Source: a bacterium | GTDB taxonomy: Bacteria; Patescibacteriota; Patescibacteriia; JACPHY01 | NCBI GenBank assembly: GCA_030647005.1 | Contig: JAUSKG010000022.1 | Span: 18,196-82,195, forward strand | Reading direction: 5' to 3' | Length of the DNA stretch: 64,000 nt | In this document: positions 10,454 to 20,702 of the stretch, one piece after another | How positions within the stretch are numbered: position 1 is the stretch's first letter | How the letters are laid out: each line of letters starts with the position of its first letter | Notes under the pieces: generated by a model | Told to the model about the DNA's origin: nothing | Seen by the model: the letters and a program-made list of their open reading frames with translations, nothing else | The model's database searches: none | Made by a program: the position numbers and the translations under genes

Positions 10454-10908
10454 ACCGGTAGAGAGACATCTACGTCCTGGAATGCGACCCGTACCATGTG
10501 CATATGCGCCGCGCCCTGCTCCGGTGTCAGCTCGTGCACCGCATCGAGCACCGGCGCGCGCGGCCAGCCCGGATCCGTGAACGTCATCCCACCAAACTCC
10601 CTTGCCTCGCAATACCGTGGAAGAATCGCCGCGTGCGCCTCGGGCGTTGCCATCATGAGGAACAGGAGGTTTATGCGGTCGGGTGCAAACACCCGCGCGA
10701 GCGCATGCTCGACATCGCGCATGACCTGCGCGAATTCCGTCCATGCTTCCGACGTGATTCCACCAAGCGTCGTCGCGTCATCACGATACACCACAAGGAG
10801 CGCGCCGAGGGTGAGCGGCTTCCGTTGCACAAGAACGATCCAATGCATGTACTCGCGGACGAGTGTGTCCGGGTAACCAAATTTTTCCAGAACTGCAGAT
10901 GGGACCAT
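10450..10908 (-). CDS. HIT-family nucleotide hydrolase-like protein
   Basis: KFGYPDTLVREY.HW, FAPDRINLLFLMM..PEAH; degenerate HxHxH region. Confidence 0.7.
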   Translation of the reverse strand: MVPSAVLEKFGYPDTLVREYMHWIVLVQRKPLTLGALLVVYRDDATTLGGITSEAWTEFAQVMRDVEHALARVFAPDRINLLFLMMATPEAHAAILPRYCEAREFGGMTFTDPGWPRAPVLDAVHELTPEQGAAHMHMVRVAFQDVDVSLPV

Positions 10909-10914
10909 AACGTT

Positions 10915-11898
10915 TTAGGGCGATGTACCGCGCATCAGTGGAGGAGCAGCCACCGTCGCACGCGACTGATACCACGCGTGTACTGCTTCTCGTACGGTCG
11001 CAAGCCGATCATACCGCTGCACCGCATCACGCAACGGCGTGCCGTCGTCCGCGAATGTCGCCTGGACAATCCAAAGCGCGCGATCCGCAGCGCATATGAG
11101 CATGCCGCGCTCGGTGATACGGTAGATGCGGCCTGGCTCGCCGTACATCGGAAGCGTTGCGAGTTCCGATCGGAGCAGTTGCACCTTCCGCCCGTCCGCG
11201 TAGGTAAACGCACATGGGTATGGCGCAGTGAGCGCGCGGATGCGGTTATGCGCCTCCTGTGCGGTGAGCTGATCCCAGAGGATAAGGCCGTCATCGGGAA
11301 ACCGAAGCGGGAGATACGCAGCGCGTGCCACATCCTGTACACGCAATGCAGCAGTCCCGTGTGCGAGCTGCTCCACCGCCGCCATGAGCATGACGGGAAA
11401 CTCACGTTCTGCAATCGTATGCAGGTCCACAATCGTATCATGCGCACCAATAGGAAACGTACGATCGAGAATGACATCGCCAGCATCCACGCCGCTCGCC
11501 ACTTTGATCACCGATAGCGTGAACGATGTTTCGCCGCGAATGAGCGCCCAGTTCATGGGGGAAGAGCCGCGATACTCGGGCAGCTTCCCGCCGTGCAGAT
11601 TGATCGTCATCACGAACGGAATATCAATGATGCGCTGCGCAATAATCTTCCCGTACCCGCCAAGCACGAAGAGATCTGCCCGGTACGCGCGGAGCTGCAA
11701 TGCCACAGCATCCGCGTTCGGATTCTCCGGAGCAATCACGGGAATACCGAATGCTGCTGCGACCGACCGAACGGACGTTGGGGAGTGTCCGGCATCATCC
11801 GGATGCACAACGACGCATGCAATTTCGTCTCCATGCTGTTGGAGCGCCCGCAGACACGCGACCCCGCGCGCGCCCTTCCCCCAAAAAACGATTCGCAT
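10915..11898 (-). CDS. Sugar-nucleotide N-formyltransferase (Fmt/ArnA-like)
   Basis: INLHGGKLPEYRGSSP, GVDAGDVI, IRALTAPYPCAF. Confidence 0.88.
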   Translation of the reverse strand: MRIVFWGKGARGVACLRALQQHGDEIACVVVHPDDAGHSPTSVRSVAAAFGIPVIAPENPNADAVALQLRAYRADLFVLGGYGKIIAQRIIDIPFVMTINLHGGKLPEYRGSSPMNWALIRGETSFTLSVIKVASGVDAGDVILDRTFPIGAHDTIVDLHTIAEREFPVMLMAAVEQLAHGTAALRVQDVARAAYLPLRFPDDGLILWDQLTAQEAHNRIRALTAPYPCAFTYADGRKVQLLRSELATLPMYGEPGRIYRITERGMLICAADRALWIVQATFADDGTPLRDAVQRYDRLATVREAVHAWYQSRATVAAPPLMRGTSP

Positions 11899-11911
11899 AC
11901 GCGCGTCCTCG

Positions 11912-12973
11912 TCACGCGGGCACCGCCGTCCTTGTGCGGGGCATCGCCACCGCCGCTGGCACGGCGAACGCAGGATGAAATCCCTTGTACCAACCAATGT
12001 ACCGCTCGTATCCACGCTCAAGCGGATGCTGCGGTGTGTACCCAATCATGCGACGCGCCTTCGCGACATCGAGCGTTCCGCGGTCTGGCATCAATGCGTC
12101 TTTCGGCTCGTAACGGACGGTAATACCGGGGAATTCCTTACGCACGACATCCGCAAGCTCTGCGATGGAACGGCCGGTGCCGTAGGTGAGATTGAACGTC
12201 TCGTTCTTTGCCTCTGGACGCGCAAGGACACACATGATGCCGTGCACGAGATCGTGTACACAGGTGAAATCGAGCCGATCCGTCCCGTCCCCTTGCACCA
12301 CAATGTCCTGCCCTGCGATCGCATTCTCGATGAAAATCTGCCCCACGCGGCGCGAGACGCACCGCTCGCCGTAGAGCGCAGACGGACGGACGATCGTATA
12401 CGGCAATCCAAACACCTGATGATAGGACTTCACGATAAGCTCTCCGGCGAGCTTCAGCGCGCCGTAAATACCCATGGGATGACACGGCGTATCTTCGGAC
12501 GCAAATCCATCCGGGAAATTTCCGTACACCATGGACGACGAGAAGTACACGAAGTGCTGCACATTCCCACGCGAGTAGTCGAGCGCATTCTCGAGCGTGC
12601 GGAGCGAGTGGTCAAACGTGCTATGCGGGTCCTTGTTCGAACGATTCGCGTGCGCGACCGCCGCGAGCTGGACAATGGCATCCGGTTGGATGCGCTTGAG
12701 CACTGCGGTGAGCGGATGATAATCGCGCGCATCCTGCACATAGAGCGGCACACCCGCGGCCTCGAGCAGCGCAAGTCGCTCGTGCAGGATACGCGTGTAC
12801 AACGCGCGGTGCTGCGTCACGCCTTCGCCGACAAATGCGAGGAGATTGTTGATTTGCAAACTATCCACGATCGCAACTTCCGCCCCCTCCGCGCGCAATC
12901 CGAGCGCGAGGTTATGGCCGATGAACCCTGCGCCGCCAATCAACGCAATGCGCCGTCCGCTCAAGAGTGCCAT
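11912..12973 (-). CDS. NAD-dependent epimerase/dehydratase
   Basis: GGAGFIG, FSSSMVYG, YGALK (YxxxK). Confidence 0.92.
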   Translation of the reverse strand: MALLSGRRIALIGGAGFIGHNLALGLRAEGAEVAIVDSLQINNLLAFVGEGVTQHRALYTRILHERLALLEAAGVPLYVQDARDYHPLTAVLKRIQPDAIVQLAAVAHANRSNKDPHSTFDHSLRTLENALDYSRGNVQHFVYFSSSMVYGNFPDGFASEDTPCHPMGIYGALKLAGELIVKSYHQVFGLPYTIVRPSALYGERCVSRRVGQIFIENAIAGQDIVVQGDGTDRLDFTCVHDLVHGIMCVLARPEAKNETFNLTYGTGRSIAELADVVRKEFPGITVRYEPKDALMPDRGTLDVAKARRMIGYTPQHPLERGYERYIGWYKGFHPAFAVPAAVAMPRTRTAVPA

Positions 12974-12986
12974 ACGAACACAAGGT

Positions 12987-14177
12987 TTATGAAACAGCTA
13001 CCCGAAGAGGTTGCTGCACGACAACCGCCGCAATTGCTTCTGTCACCATCGCCGCAATGTACGCCATGTCATCTGTCGTGAGGTGCGGACCGACGGGGAG
13101 TGCGATGCCGTGATTGCTGATGCGCGCCGCGTGCGGGAATGTGTCGAGACCGTACCCGTACTTCGTGCGGAAGTAGGTGAGGTGCGGAACCGGGTGTGGA
13201 TAGTAGATGCTCGTGCCGACGCCGCGCGCCTTGAGCGCTGCCACAATCTCAAAGCGCCTCGGCGCGAGTGCATCCGAGAGCATCACGAGGCCGCAGTAGC
13301 GACTACTGACACCGTCGCCGTCACTCGTTGCGAGGAGCGCGATGCCGGGAATACGCGCGAGCGCGACGCGGAGCGCGTCGTCATTGCGCACACGCGCAGC
13401 AAGGAATCCGGGGACGCGCGTGAGCTGCACGGTGCCGATTGCCGCCTCGATCTCGTTCATCCGGTAATTGTACCCGAGCATCGTCACATCATAGATGCCG
13501 GGGATTGCCCGCTCGGTGACGGTCTTGTCCAGACCAAACGCACGCTGGCGACGCATATGCGCCGCGAGCGCGTCGTCGTTTGTCGTCACCATGCCGCCCT
13601 CGGCGGTCGTCATGTGCTTCACGGGATAGAACGAAAAGCAGCCAACGTCCCCAAACGTCCCCGCGTGCGCACCGCGGAACCACGTGCCGATCGCGAGCGC
13701 GCAATCCTCCACGACGAAAAGGCGGTGCCGATCCGCGATGGCGCGGACGCGATCCATGTCCACCGGCATGCCGAGGTAGTGGACGAGCGAGAGCGCGCGC
13801 GTTCGGGACGTAATCGCCACCTCCACCGCATCGAGATCTATGTTCCCCGTGCGCGGCTCTGCATCCACAAACACTGGTGTCGCGCCGACGTACTCCACGG
13901 CGAACGCGGTTGCCACATGCGTCTGTGCCGGCACGATCACCTCGTCGCCACGACCGATTCCAGCCGCAAGATACGCGAGGTGCAGACCTGTGGTGCAAGA
14001 GCTCACGGCGATCGCGTGCTTCACGCCGACAAATTCTGCAAAGCGATGCTCGAACTCCTCCACGCGCGGACCATGGACGAACGTCGAACCTGCGAGGACG
14101 TCCGCAACCGCCGCACGCTCTTCCGCACCGAGCAACGGTTTCCCAAAGGGAATAATCCGCGGAGCAGTGATTTGCAT
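12987..14177 (-). CDS. DegT/DnrJ/EryC1/StrS aminotransferase (second)
   Basis: VSSCTTGLH, VEDCA, FSFYPVKHMTTAEGG, GYNYRM. Confidence 0.93.
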   Translation of the reverse strand: MQITAPRIIPFGKPLLGAEERAAVADVLAGSTFVHGPRVEEFEHRFAEFVGVKHAIAVSSCTTGLHLAYLAAGIGRGDEVIVPAQTHVATAFAVEYVGATPVFVDAEPRTGNIDLDAVEVAITSRTRALSLVHYLGMPVDMDRVRAIADRHRLFVVEDCALAIGTWFRGAHAGTFGDVGCFSFYPVKHMTTAEGGMVTTNDDALAAHMRRQRAFGLDKTVTERAIPGIYDVTMLGYNYRMNEIEAAIGTVQLTRVPGFLAARVRNDDALRVALARIPGIALLATSDGDGVSSRYCGLVMLSDALAPRRFEIVAALKARGVGTSIYYPHPVPHLTYFRTKYGYGLDTFPHAARISNHGIALPVGPHLTTDDMAYIAAMVTEAIAAVVVQQPLRVAVS

Positions 14178-14263
14178 AGTGGCGTAGGTACTTGTCCGCA
14201 CCTGGCGCGGGAGCACCAGAGGATCAAAAGAGTGCGCATCATGCGCACTCTCATACAACGCAT

Positions 14264-15316
14264 CTATCGTACCGTAGTTGTGTGCGCGCGGGAAACGATC
14301 CCCATCTCCCGCTCTATCTCCACAACATCCACAGGTTCTCCACAGTCGGCGGACCGTTCGATTGCGAAGCAGGCCGCCATGGTCAGAAACGCATCATCTC
14401 CCGTAATGAGCGGATCACGTCCGTCGAGCACGGCGGTGATGAAGTCCGTCAAAAGATCGTACTTCGCGCACCCGGGATACGGCTGCTCCACCGCTGTCGG
14501 CGGCACCACGGGATCGCGGGAAGTGTAGTACCGCCCGTGCGGGAGATCGTTCACGAATGTCGCCCGTGTTCCATAGAGCGCAACCGGGTGGAAATGTGGC
14601 GCGACGCACCCAAAGTGCACGCCGACGGTCCCGATGATACCACTCGCAAACGTGAGTGTCGCGGTGATGGAGTCGCGGAAATGATACGGTGTGCCACGCG
14701 AGGCGATCTGGTTCCCGACCGCGAACACGCGCGTGATGTCATCACCCGTGAACCACCGCAAGAGATCAACCACATGGATCCCGCCACCATACACGACGGA
14801 GTAGAACGGGAGCCGCCCACGCCACCCATCGGTGATCTTCTGCAAGCGTCCGTACTGATAGCTCGCTTCCACCGCGAAAAGCTGACCGAACGCGCCCGCA
14901 TCGCACTGCTCCTTCACCCACCGGAACCGCTGCGAGGTGCGCAGGATGGTATTCGTGGAGAGCCGAAGGCCGGGATGTGCCGCGAGTGCGGCGCGAATAC
15001 GACATGCTTCCTCCACCGAATAGCACAGCGGCTTCTCCGCGAACACGTGCTTCCCGTGCGCAAGCGCAGTCAGGATCTGCGCCCCGTGCGCATCGTCGTA
15101 CGTTGCGATGACCACGCAGTCCACGTCTGGATCTGTGAGTACCGCATCGGCATCGCCGATGCGGCGTACGCCCGGAAATCGCGCGCCCACCTCCGCGAGC
15201 TTCGCTGGATCCCGATCGCAGAGCACCGCGAGTGTCGCACGCGGGTGCTGCAGGACGCCGATCGCGTGCTGCTCCCCGACGCCGAGTCCAATAACACCAA
15301 CACGAAACGATTCCAT
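14264..15316 (-). CDS. Gfo/Idh/MocA oxidoreductase (second)
   Basis: VGVIGLGVG, HVFAEKPL, GIHVVDL; GGAGG upstream of ATG. Confidence 0.9.
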   Translation of the reverse strand: MESFRVGVIGLGVGEQHAIGVLQHPRATLAVLCDRDPAKLAEVGARFPGVRRIGDADAVLTDPDVDCVVIATYDDAHGAQILTALAHGKHVFAEKPLCYSVEEACRIRAALAAHPGLRLSTNTILRTSQRFRWVKEQCDAGAFGQLFAVEASYQYGRLQKITDGWRGRLPFYSVVYGGGIHVVDLLRWFTGDDITRVFAVGNQIASRGTPYHFRDSITATLTFASGIIGTVGVHFGCVAPHFHPVALYGTRATFVNDLPHGRYYTSRDPVVPPTAVEQPYPGCAKYDLLTDFITAVLDGRDPLITGDDAFLTMAACFAIERSADCGEPVDVVEIEREMGIVSRAHTTTVR

Positions 15317-15330
15317 ACACTCCTCCATGT

Positions 15331-16038
15331 TCAATGAACGCTGTGGGTGCCCCCACGCTCGCCTTCGGGCACCATCGCAAGGATTTCCTCGTAATGGTAT
15401 GCGGTGTGCGAACGCTCCATCTGCTGCACGATCCGCACGAAGCGCTCCCAATCCTCCACCGTATCCACCGCGAGCTGCGCAGTACTGTTATCGTGCGACG
15501 CGCTGAAGTTCTTGATGCGGAACTCCTCTGGGTGCTGATAATAGTACCGCGTAACATGCTCGCGATCCAACGGATCCGTCATGCGCACATGCGCGCGTCG
15601 GAATGGCTCCGTGCGCACAACCTCCACGGAAACGCCCACGGGAAAACTCCGCGGAAACGTGTTCGTGACAAGATCATACTCGCTACCGCGAAACAATGCC
15701 ACCGCAGTCGAAATGACCGCAGGATCAGTGAGCGGGCTATCCCCGCACACGCGCACGAATGCGTCGAATTCGTGCGCGTCCGCAGCGGCAAAAAATCGCC
15801 CAGCGACGTCCACAAGTGAACCACGGAAGCACGGAATGCTCTTGTCCGCACAGAACGCAGCGATGGGATCATCGCTCGTTTCGTCCGACGTTGCCACGAT
15901 CACACCATCCACGCCGTGCGCAAGTGCAACACGCTCAAGTGTGTACAGAAGCATGGGCTTCCCCCCAAGGTCACGGAGCACCTTCCCCGGCAACCGTTGC
16001 GAGCTCATCCGTGCTTGAACGATGATGCCGATCGTCAT
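15331..16038 (-). CDS. SpsF-type cytidylyltransferase-family protein (copy 2)
   Basis: VQARMSSQRLPGKVL, FRGSLVDV, RVCGDSP, REHVT. Confidence 0.9.
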   Translation of the reverse strand: MTIGIIVQARMSSQRLPGKVLRDLGGKPMLLYTLERVALAHGVDGVIVATSDETSDDPIAAFCADKSIPCFRGSLVDVAGRFFAAADAHEFDAFVRVCGDSPLTDPAVISTAVALFRGSEYDLVTNTFPRSFPVGVSVEVVRTEPFRRAHVRMTDPLDREHVTRYYYQHPEEFRIKNFSASHDNSTAQLAVDTVEDWERFVRIVQQMERSHTAYHYEEILAMVPEGERGGTHSVH

Positions 16039-16943
16039 ACGTATGTTTGTGGTGCGGCTGGTACCGCAACCCCTTCGGGATAATATGCAACCGTTTCTGC
16101 ATGCCACCGCTCGAAAAAATTCTGCACCGCACGGTAATCGTCGCCAGTCCAAGGGATGGTTTCGTCGACATCGCGCCGCTCCGCGATCATACACAGAACG
16201 TCATGATCAATGTAGCGATTCGTCTGTCGCACCGCGAAGTGCGCAGTAGCGAGCTGTGCCGTGAGCGTCTGGGCGCTCCACCGGAACGCGTGACTATCCG
16301 CAGCACGACCCCCGAGGTAGTAGTGGAGCGGCTTCTTGAATGGGACGAAAATGCGACTGCCCGTTGCCACCACCACCTGCCCACCGGGCCGCAACATCCG
16401 GTGTGCTGCCGCGAGCATCGCGCGCGGCGACTGACAATTCTCCATGGTCCACGCGATGACCGCGATATCATACTGCCCTGCGGATGTTCCGCTTGCCGCA
16501 TACTCCTCAATGGTGCCACGGAAATTGGGAATACCAAGGGCTGTCATGCGCGCACAGTTCGCGCGCGACGGCTCAATACCAAACACGGCGGCTCCGTACT
16601 CCGACTGCCGGAGCATCTCGAGGAATACCCCCTCCCCTGCACCGATGTCGCACACACGCTTCCCCTGCAGCCCCCCGAGCTGCTCCGCCATGAACGCCGC
16701 GACGAACGTGAGCCGCGCCCGCACTGCCGGTAGGAGCGCGGTGTACCCGTTCCCATAAATCTGCTCTGACCACTCATCCGCAATCGCGCCCGCGGAGCGG
16801 CGTTGCTTCACATACACAAACCCGCACTGTATGCAGATATGAATCGGCTGCCCGCCCGTGTATTCGCGCGCATGCGGAACCTCCACGGCATCCGTGGTAC
16901 CACAAATGTCACAGGGAAAATCCATTGGGTCAGATTGGGACAT
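16035..16943 (-). CDS. Class I SAM-dependent methyltransferase with N-terminal Cys motifs
   Basis: CDICG and CIQCG motifs; VCDIGAGEG SAM motif I. Confidence 0.85.
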   Translation of the reverse strand: MSQSDPMDFPCDICGTTDAVEVPHAREYTGGQPIHICIQCGFVYVKQRRSAGAIADEWSEQIYGNGYTALLPAVRARLTFVAAFMAEQLGGLQGKRVCDIGAGEGVFLEMLRQSEYGAAVFGIEPSRANCARMTALGIPNFRGTIEEYAASGTSAGQYDIAVIAWTMENCQSPRAMLAAAHRMLRPGGQVVVATGSRIFVPFKKPLHYYLGGRAADSHAFRWSAQTLTAQLATAHFAVRQTNRYIDHDVLCMIAERRDVDETIPWTGDDYRAVQNFFERWHAETVAYYPEGVAVPAAPQTYV

Positions 16944-16950
16944 ACATTTG

Positions 16951-17077
16951 TGTCATTGCGAGGGAGTCCGCGACCAAAGCAATCCCGACCACGACCAGAT
17001 GCAGGAGCTACGGCCGTTCCCCACCAATGATATCCAGCATTGCTTCGACGCGCGCAGCCGTGCTCCTCGCAATGACA
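16951..17077. repeat. Palindromic RPE/MITE-like element, intergenic copy
   Basis: 12-bp terminal inverted repeats TGTCATTGCGAG / CTCGCAATGACA with inner AAGCAAT / ATTGCTT; same ends as the copies in leuS. Confidence 0.85.
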
Positions 17078-17082
17078 TCGAA

Positions 17083-18252
17083 TTACACTGGCGGAAACCG
17101 CAGCTGCCATTCCCCTCCCTCCTGCTTCCAAATCTCGGCATTTCGGTGCCGGTCAATGAGCGCGGTGAACTCCTGATCCGTGAGGTGGAGGTACGCGAGC
17201 ATGTCCTGGTAGTACCGCGCAGGAAACTCATGATCGTATGCGCGTGCGTGCGCGAGTCCCCGCTCCCGCGTGAGTTGCTTGTTCTGGATCATGCGACTCG
17301 CATCGCGTATCGCGCGGCCAAAACCAAACTTCACGTACTGCAGGTAGTAGTAGAGGTTGTCCGATTTGTCATCCAACGAATCAAAGTCCGTGAATGTTCC
17401 CTCCGTGCGCCCCTCGGCACACGTCTGAAAATCAATCTTATCCTTGATGTATTCGTAATTCTCAAAGCTGCTCCACTTGAAGAAATACGCGAAGTAGTAT
17501 GCGCGCACGCCGACGCGCTGGATGTCCTGGATGGCAGGATACCGATACGGGTTGAGGTCACGCTCCGTCACCACGTCATCCACCCAGTTGCGCGGATCGT
17601 CACCAATTTGATGCTCGATAACCTCGGTAAAATCCCGCACTTTCGCAGAATCCTCACGAAGCACCTTGCCGCCGTACTCGCTCTCGCCGTGCTCGGCGTA
17701 CAAAACGAGCGGGATGCCGTACCGCACCGCGGCCTGTACTGGCGTTGCGTTGATACCCGCATCCCACGCAATCTTATGATTGCCGCGCTCCAGAAAGAAT
17801 CGCCGCGCGAGATGCCGGTGGATACGCTGATCTGGACGAAGGAGATGATGATCAAACCCCGCCTGAATCATCGCCTCGTAGTTGTGCAGACCGACAGCCG
17901 TCGGAAGTTGTGGCGAGAACGTGACGAGGAGCGGATTCATCCCAAACTCATGCTTGAGCTTGTACGCGATGGCACTGCTGTCCTTCCCACCGCTCCACGG
18001 CACGATGCAATCCCACGATCCATCGTCCGCACGGTACTGATCGAGCAACGCGAGAAACTCCGCACGCCGCGCCGCCCAATCAATGCCATCCCACTTCCGC
18101 TCCGCATACCGACATGCATTGCACACGCCCTCTGCATCAAAAACGATGCGCGGACGCGAGTTGGGCATGACGCAACGCGTACAGTACTGAATCGTGCGGC
18201 CCCCATGTGCTGCGATGTCTTGCCGCGTGTGCGATGTGATCGTCATGTCCAT
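17083..18252 (-). CDS. N-acetyl sugar amidotransferase (PseA/WbpG-like)
   Basis: YCTRCVMPNSRP, CNAC, VPWSGGKDS PP-loop, KFGFGRA; adjacent hisF/hisH paralogues. Confidence 0.9.
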   Translation of the reverse strand: MDMTITSHTRQDIAAHGGRTIQYCTRCVMPNSRPRIVFDAEGVCNACRYAERKWDGIDWAARRAEFLALLDQYRADDGSWDCIVPWSGGKDSSAIAYKLKHEFGMNPLLVTFSPQLPTAVGLHNYEAMIQAGFDHHLLRPDQRIHRHLARRFFLERGNHKIAWDAGINATPVQAAVRYGIPLVLYAEHGESEYGGKVLREDSAKVRDFTEVIEHQIGDDPRNWVDDVVTERDLNPYRYPAIQDIQRVGVRAYYFAYFFKWSSFENYEYIKDKIDFQTCAEGRTEGTFTDFDSLDDKSDNLYYYLQYVKFGFGRAIRDASRMIQNKQLTRERGLAHARAYDHEFPARYYQDMLAYLHLTDQEFTALIDRHRNAEIWKQEGGEWQLRFPPV

Positions 18253-18256
18253 ACAG

Positions 18257-19003
18257 TTACACGCGCACCGAAATCCCCGCCTTCGCAAGGTACGCCTTCG
18301 CGCTATGGATACTCGGCTCCGTGAAGTGATAAATATTCGCAGTGCACACCGCGGACGCATGGCCGTCGCGAAATCCGTCCACAAAATCCTGCCACTTGCC
18401 CGCGCCACCGCACACGAGTACCGGAACGTCCACGGCATCGGCGACGAGCTGGTTCAACGTATTGTCGTAGCCCTCCAATGACCCGTCCTTCTCCATGGAG
18501 GTGATCATGACCTCCCCCGCTCCGCGCGCTTGCGCTTCTCGCGCCCACGCCGCTGGATTGAGCCCTGTCGGTTGCGTCCCACACTCGGTATACACCTCGT
18601 AGGTCCCCTGCGCATTCCGCCTCGCATCCAAAGAAACAACGACGCACTGCGCTCCGTATGCCTGTGCGATCTCCGTGATAAACCCAGGCCGTTGCACTGC
18701 CACCGAATTCACCACCACCTTGTCGGCACCGCTCCGCAGGAGCTGCTGCACATCCTCCATCGTACGCACTCCGCCGCCCGCTGCCAATGGCACGAAACAG
18801 CGCTCCGAGAATTGCTCCACCACTGCAAGAAAATGCTCACGCACACCCAACCCGGGACGGGTGATATCGAGGAGCACCACTTCATCTACAGACCATGCGT
18901 CCACAAAACTCGCCGTGTAGCGGTAGTCCGGTTGAAACTCCTTCGTCCGAAACAGCACGCCGTCATTGAACGTAAGGACGGTGACAACACGATTACGCAA
19001 CAT
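18257..19003 (-). CDS. HisF-like cyclase subunit (WbuZ-type, glycan-associated)
   Basis: PLAAGGGVR, GADKVVVN, GAGEVMITSMEKDG; context in amidotransferase triad. Confidence 0.88.
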   Translation of the reverse strand: MLRNRVVTVLTFNDGVLFRTKEFQPDYRYTASFVDAWSVDEVVLLDITRPGLGVREHFLAVVEQFSERCFVPLAAGGGVRTMEDVQQLLRSGADKVVVNSVAVQRPGFITEIAQAYGAQCVVVSLDARRNAQGTYEVYTECGTQPTGLNPAAWAREAQARGAGEVMITSMEKDGSLEGYDNTLNQLVADAVDVPVLVCGGAGKWQDFVDGFRDGHASAVCTANIYHFTEPSIHSAKAYLAKAGISVRV

Positions 19004-19625
19004 ACGAGCGCGCAGGCATTTGCAACAAAAAATTCTTCAGGAACTGCAATCCATGCTGCTGACTCTTCTCCGGATGAAACTGTGTTGCGACAATGTTTTT
19101 TTGCTGGAACGCGGCCGTGAAACGCGACCCGTACTCGCATTCCCCCACAACGATTGTGGAATCATCGCATCGAATGTGAAAACTATGGACATAATAAAAC
19201 AGCGCGTCGGTAGGAATGCCATCAAACAGCGGGGACTGTTGCGTGCGGATGCAATCGTTCCATCCGACATGCGGCACGCGCAGCCCATCCGGCGGCGCAA
19301 GGCGTACTACATCCGCAGCGATCCATCCCAGTCCTTCATGGTGACCAAATTCCTCACTCGATCGCGCGAAAAGCTGCGCGCCGAGGCAGACGCCAAGGAT
19401 GGGTTTCTGCTGGTGCAAGATGAGATCGGTGAGCGGCTCCACGAGATTACGCGTGCGGAGATTCGCCATGCCATCGCCAAACGCGCCCACGCCCGGCAGG
19501 ATGAGCGCCTCGGCGCGCTGCAGCTCTGCGGGGTCCGCCGTAACGATTGGCACGAACCCTACCCGCGCAACCGCCGCCGCGACCGAACGGATATTCCCGA
19601 GACCGTAGTCAATGATGGCAACCAT
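18993..19625 (-). CDS. HisH-like glutamine amidotransferase (WbuY-type)
   Basis: IIDYGLGN, LPGVGAF, GVCLGAQ, QFHPEKS. Confidence 0.9.
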   Translation of the reverse strand: MVAIIDYGLGNIRSVAAAVARVGFVPIVTADPAELQRAEALILPGVGAFGDGMANLRTRNLVEPLTDLILHQQKPILGVCLGAQLFARSSEEFGHHEGLGWIAADVVRLAPPDGLRVPHVGWNDCIRTQQSPLFDGIPTDALFYYVHSFHIRCDDSTIVVGECEYGSRFTAAFQQKNIVATQFHPEKSQQHGLQFLKNFLLQMPARSYVA

Positions 19626-19682
19626 ACGCGCACGACGGACGACACCGTATCTTGGACCAGCGTACCGCACGAGCGCGCGCCC

Positions 19683-19719
19683 GCAAGAGAAACGGACGGC
19701 CCATGAGGAGCCGTCCGTT
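19683..19719 (-). terminator. Probable intrinsic terminator of the inserted membrane-protein gene
   Basis: Inverted repeat AACGGACGGC...GCCGTCCGTT (19691-19719) followed on the minus strand by a pyrimidine tract. Confidence 0.55.
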
Positions 19720-19728
19720 CAGACACCG

Positions 19729-20637
19729 TCAGAACACAATGAAGATAATTGCGCAGCCCGCGATGCCGATGGCGAACCGTGCGTACACCCCGCGCCCGAG
19801 GCCCTGCGCCTCCTTGAACACGATGAGGCCGACCATGGTCGGAATCACCATTTCCGCGACCTGCTTGATCGGCTGGACGACGGTGATTGGTGCCAGCGAT
19901 TGCGACCACGTCCACATGAATAGTGCAATGGCAATCGTGGAAGCGAGGAGCAGCATACCGCGGATACCGCGCGCATCGAGCGGCGCTCCTGCTTCCGCAC
20001 GTCCGAGGAGGAACCGAATGCTCAACGCGCCGACGTATGACCCAAGGTACCACGCGGCGACGAAGCTCGGCACGGACACTCCCTCGAGCGCAAACACGCG
20101 CATGGCGAAGTGCCCGAATCCCCAGATGACGCTGTACCCCGCGATCCACAGCGCGAGCTGCTTCCATGGGAATGTCGCTGCAGGTACCGCTACACCATCT
20201 GCACCGCGATACCGCGCCACGGAGATTGCCGTGCCGCCAGCGATGGCAACCGCGACGCCGGTCGCAAGCAGTGCAGAGTCGGCGAGGTGCGCATACTCGT
20301 GGAGCACGAAGTACCCGAGTGCCATCGCGATGAAGTCGTCCGCCTGCGTGAAGAGGTATGTCCGACTCACGCTGATGTCCACGGCACGCCATTGACAGTA
20401 CGCGCCCAAGCTGTTCACGAATCCGATGGCACCGATTGCAAGGGTCCATGTCCCGACGATCGGCGCACCCACGATCCACGCGAACAGCACGGCGTAGCAC
20501 GCCGCAAACCCGAACATCCACACCATGCGCCGCGTCCGCGATGGAAGCCCTGTCGCACGCTTGATGAGGATTGGATTCACGACCATCGTGAAGAGTCCCA
20601 ACGATATCGGCAATTGCCAAGGAACCACTTCCATCAC
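19729..20637 (-). CDS. EamA/DMT-like multi-pass membrane protein
   Basis: About 10 hydrophobic segments in 302 aa, GLIVFKE C-terminal motif; AAGGAGG Shine-Dalgarno. Confidence 0.65.
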   Translation of the reverse strand: MMEVVPWQLPISLGLFTMVVNPILIKRATGLPSRTRRMVWMFGFAACYAVLFAWIVGAPIVGTWTLAIGAIGFVNSLGAYCQWRAVDISVSRTYLFTQADDFIAMALGYFVLHEYAHLADSALLATGVAVAIAGGTAISVARYRGADGVAVPAATFPWKQLALWIAGYSVIWGFGHFAMRVFALEGVSVPSFVAAWYLGSYVGALSIRFLLGRAEAGAPLDARGIRGMLLLASTIAIALFMWTWSQSLAPITVVQPIKQVAEMVIPTMVGLIVFKEAQGLGRGVYARFAIGIAGCAIIFIVF

Positions 20638-20702
20638 GCTTCCTCCTTTTCATGCGTTGCACCGCAACACACCAACCAACTATGATACTGCTGGATGCGC
20701 TG

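Noticed and set aside
18257-19625. hisF/hisH as evidence of histidine biosynthesis
   Set aside because: They sit beside an N-acetyl sugar amidotransferase in a glycan locus, the known ammonia-supplying arrangement; no other his genes here
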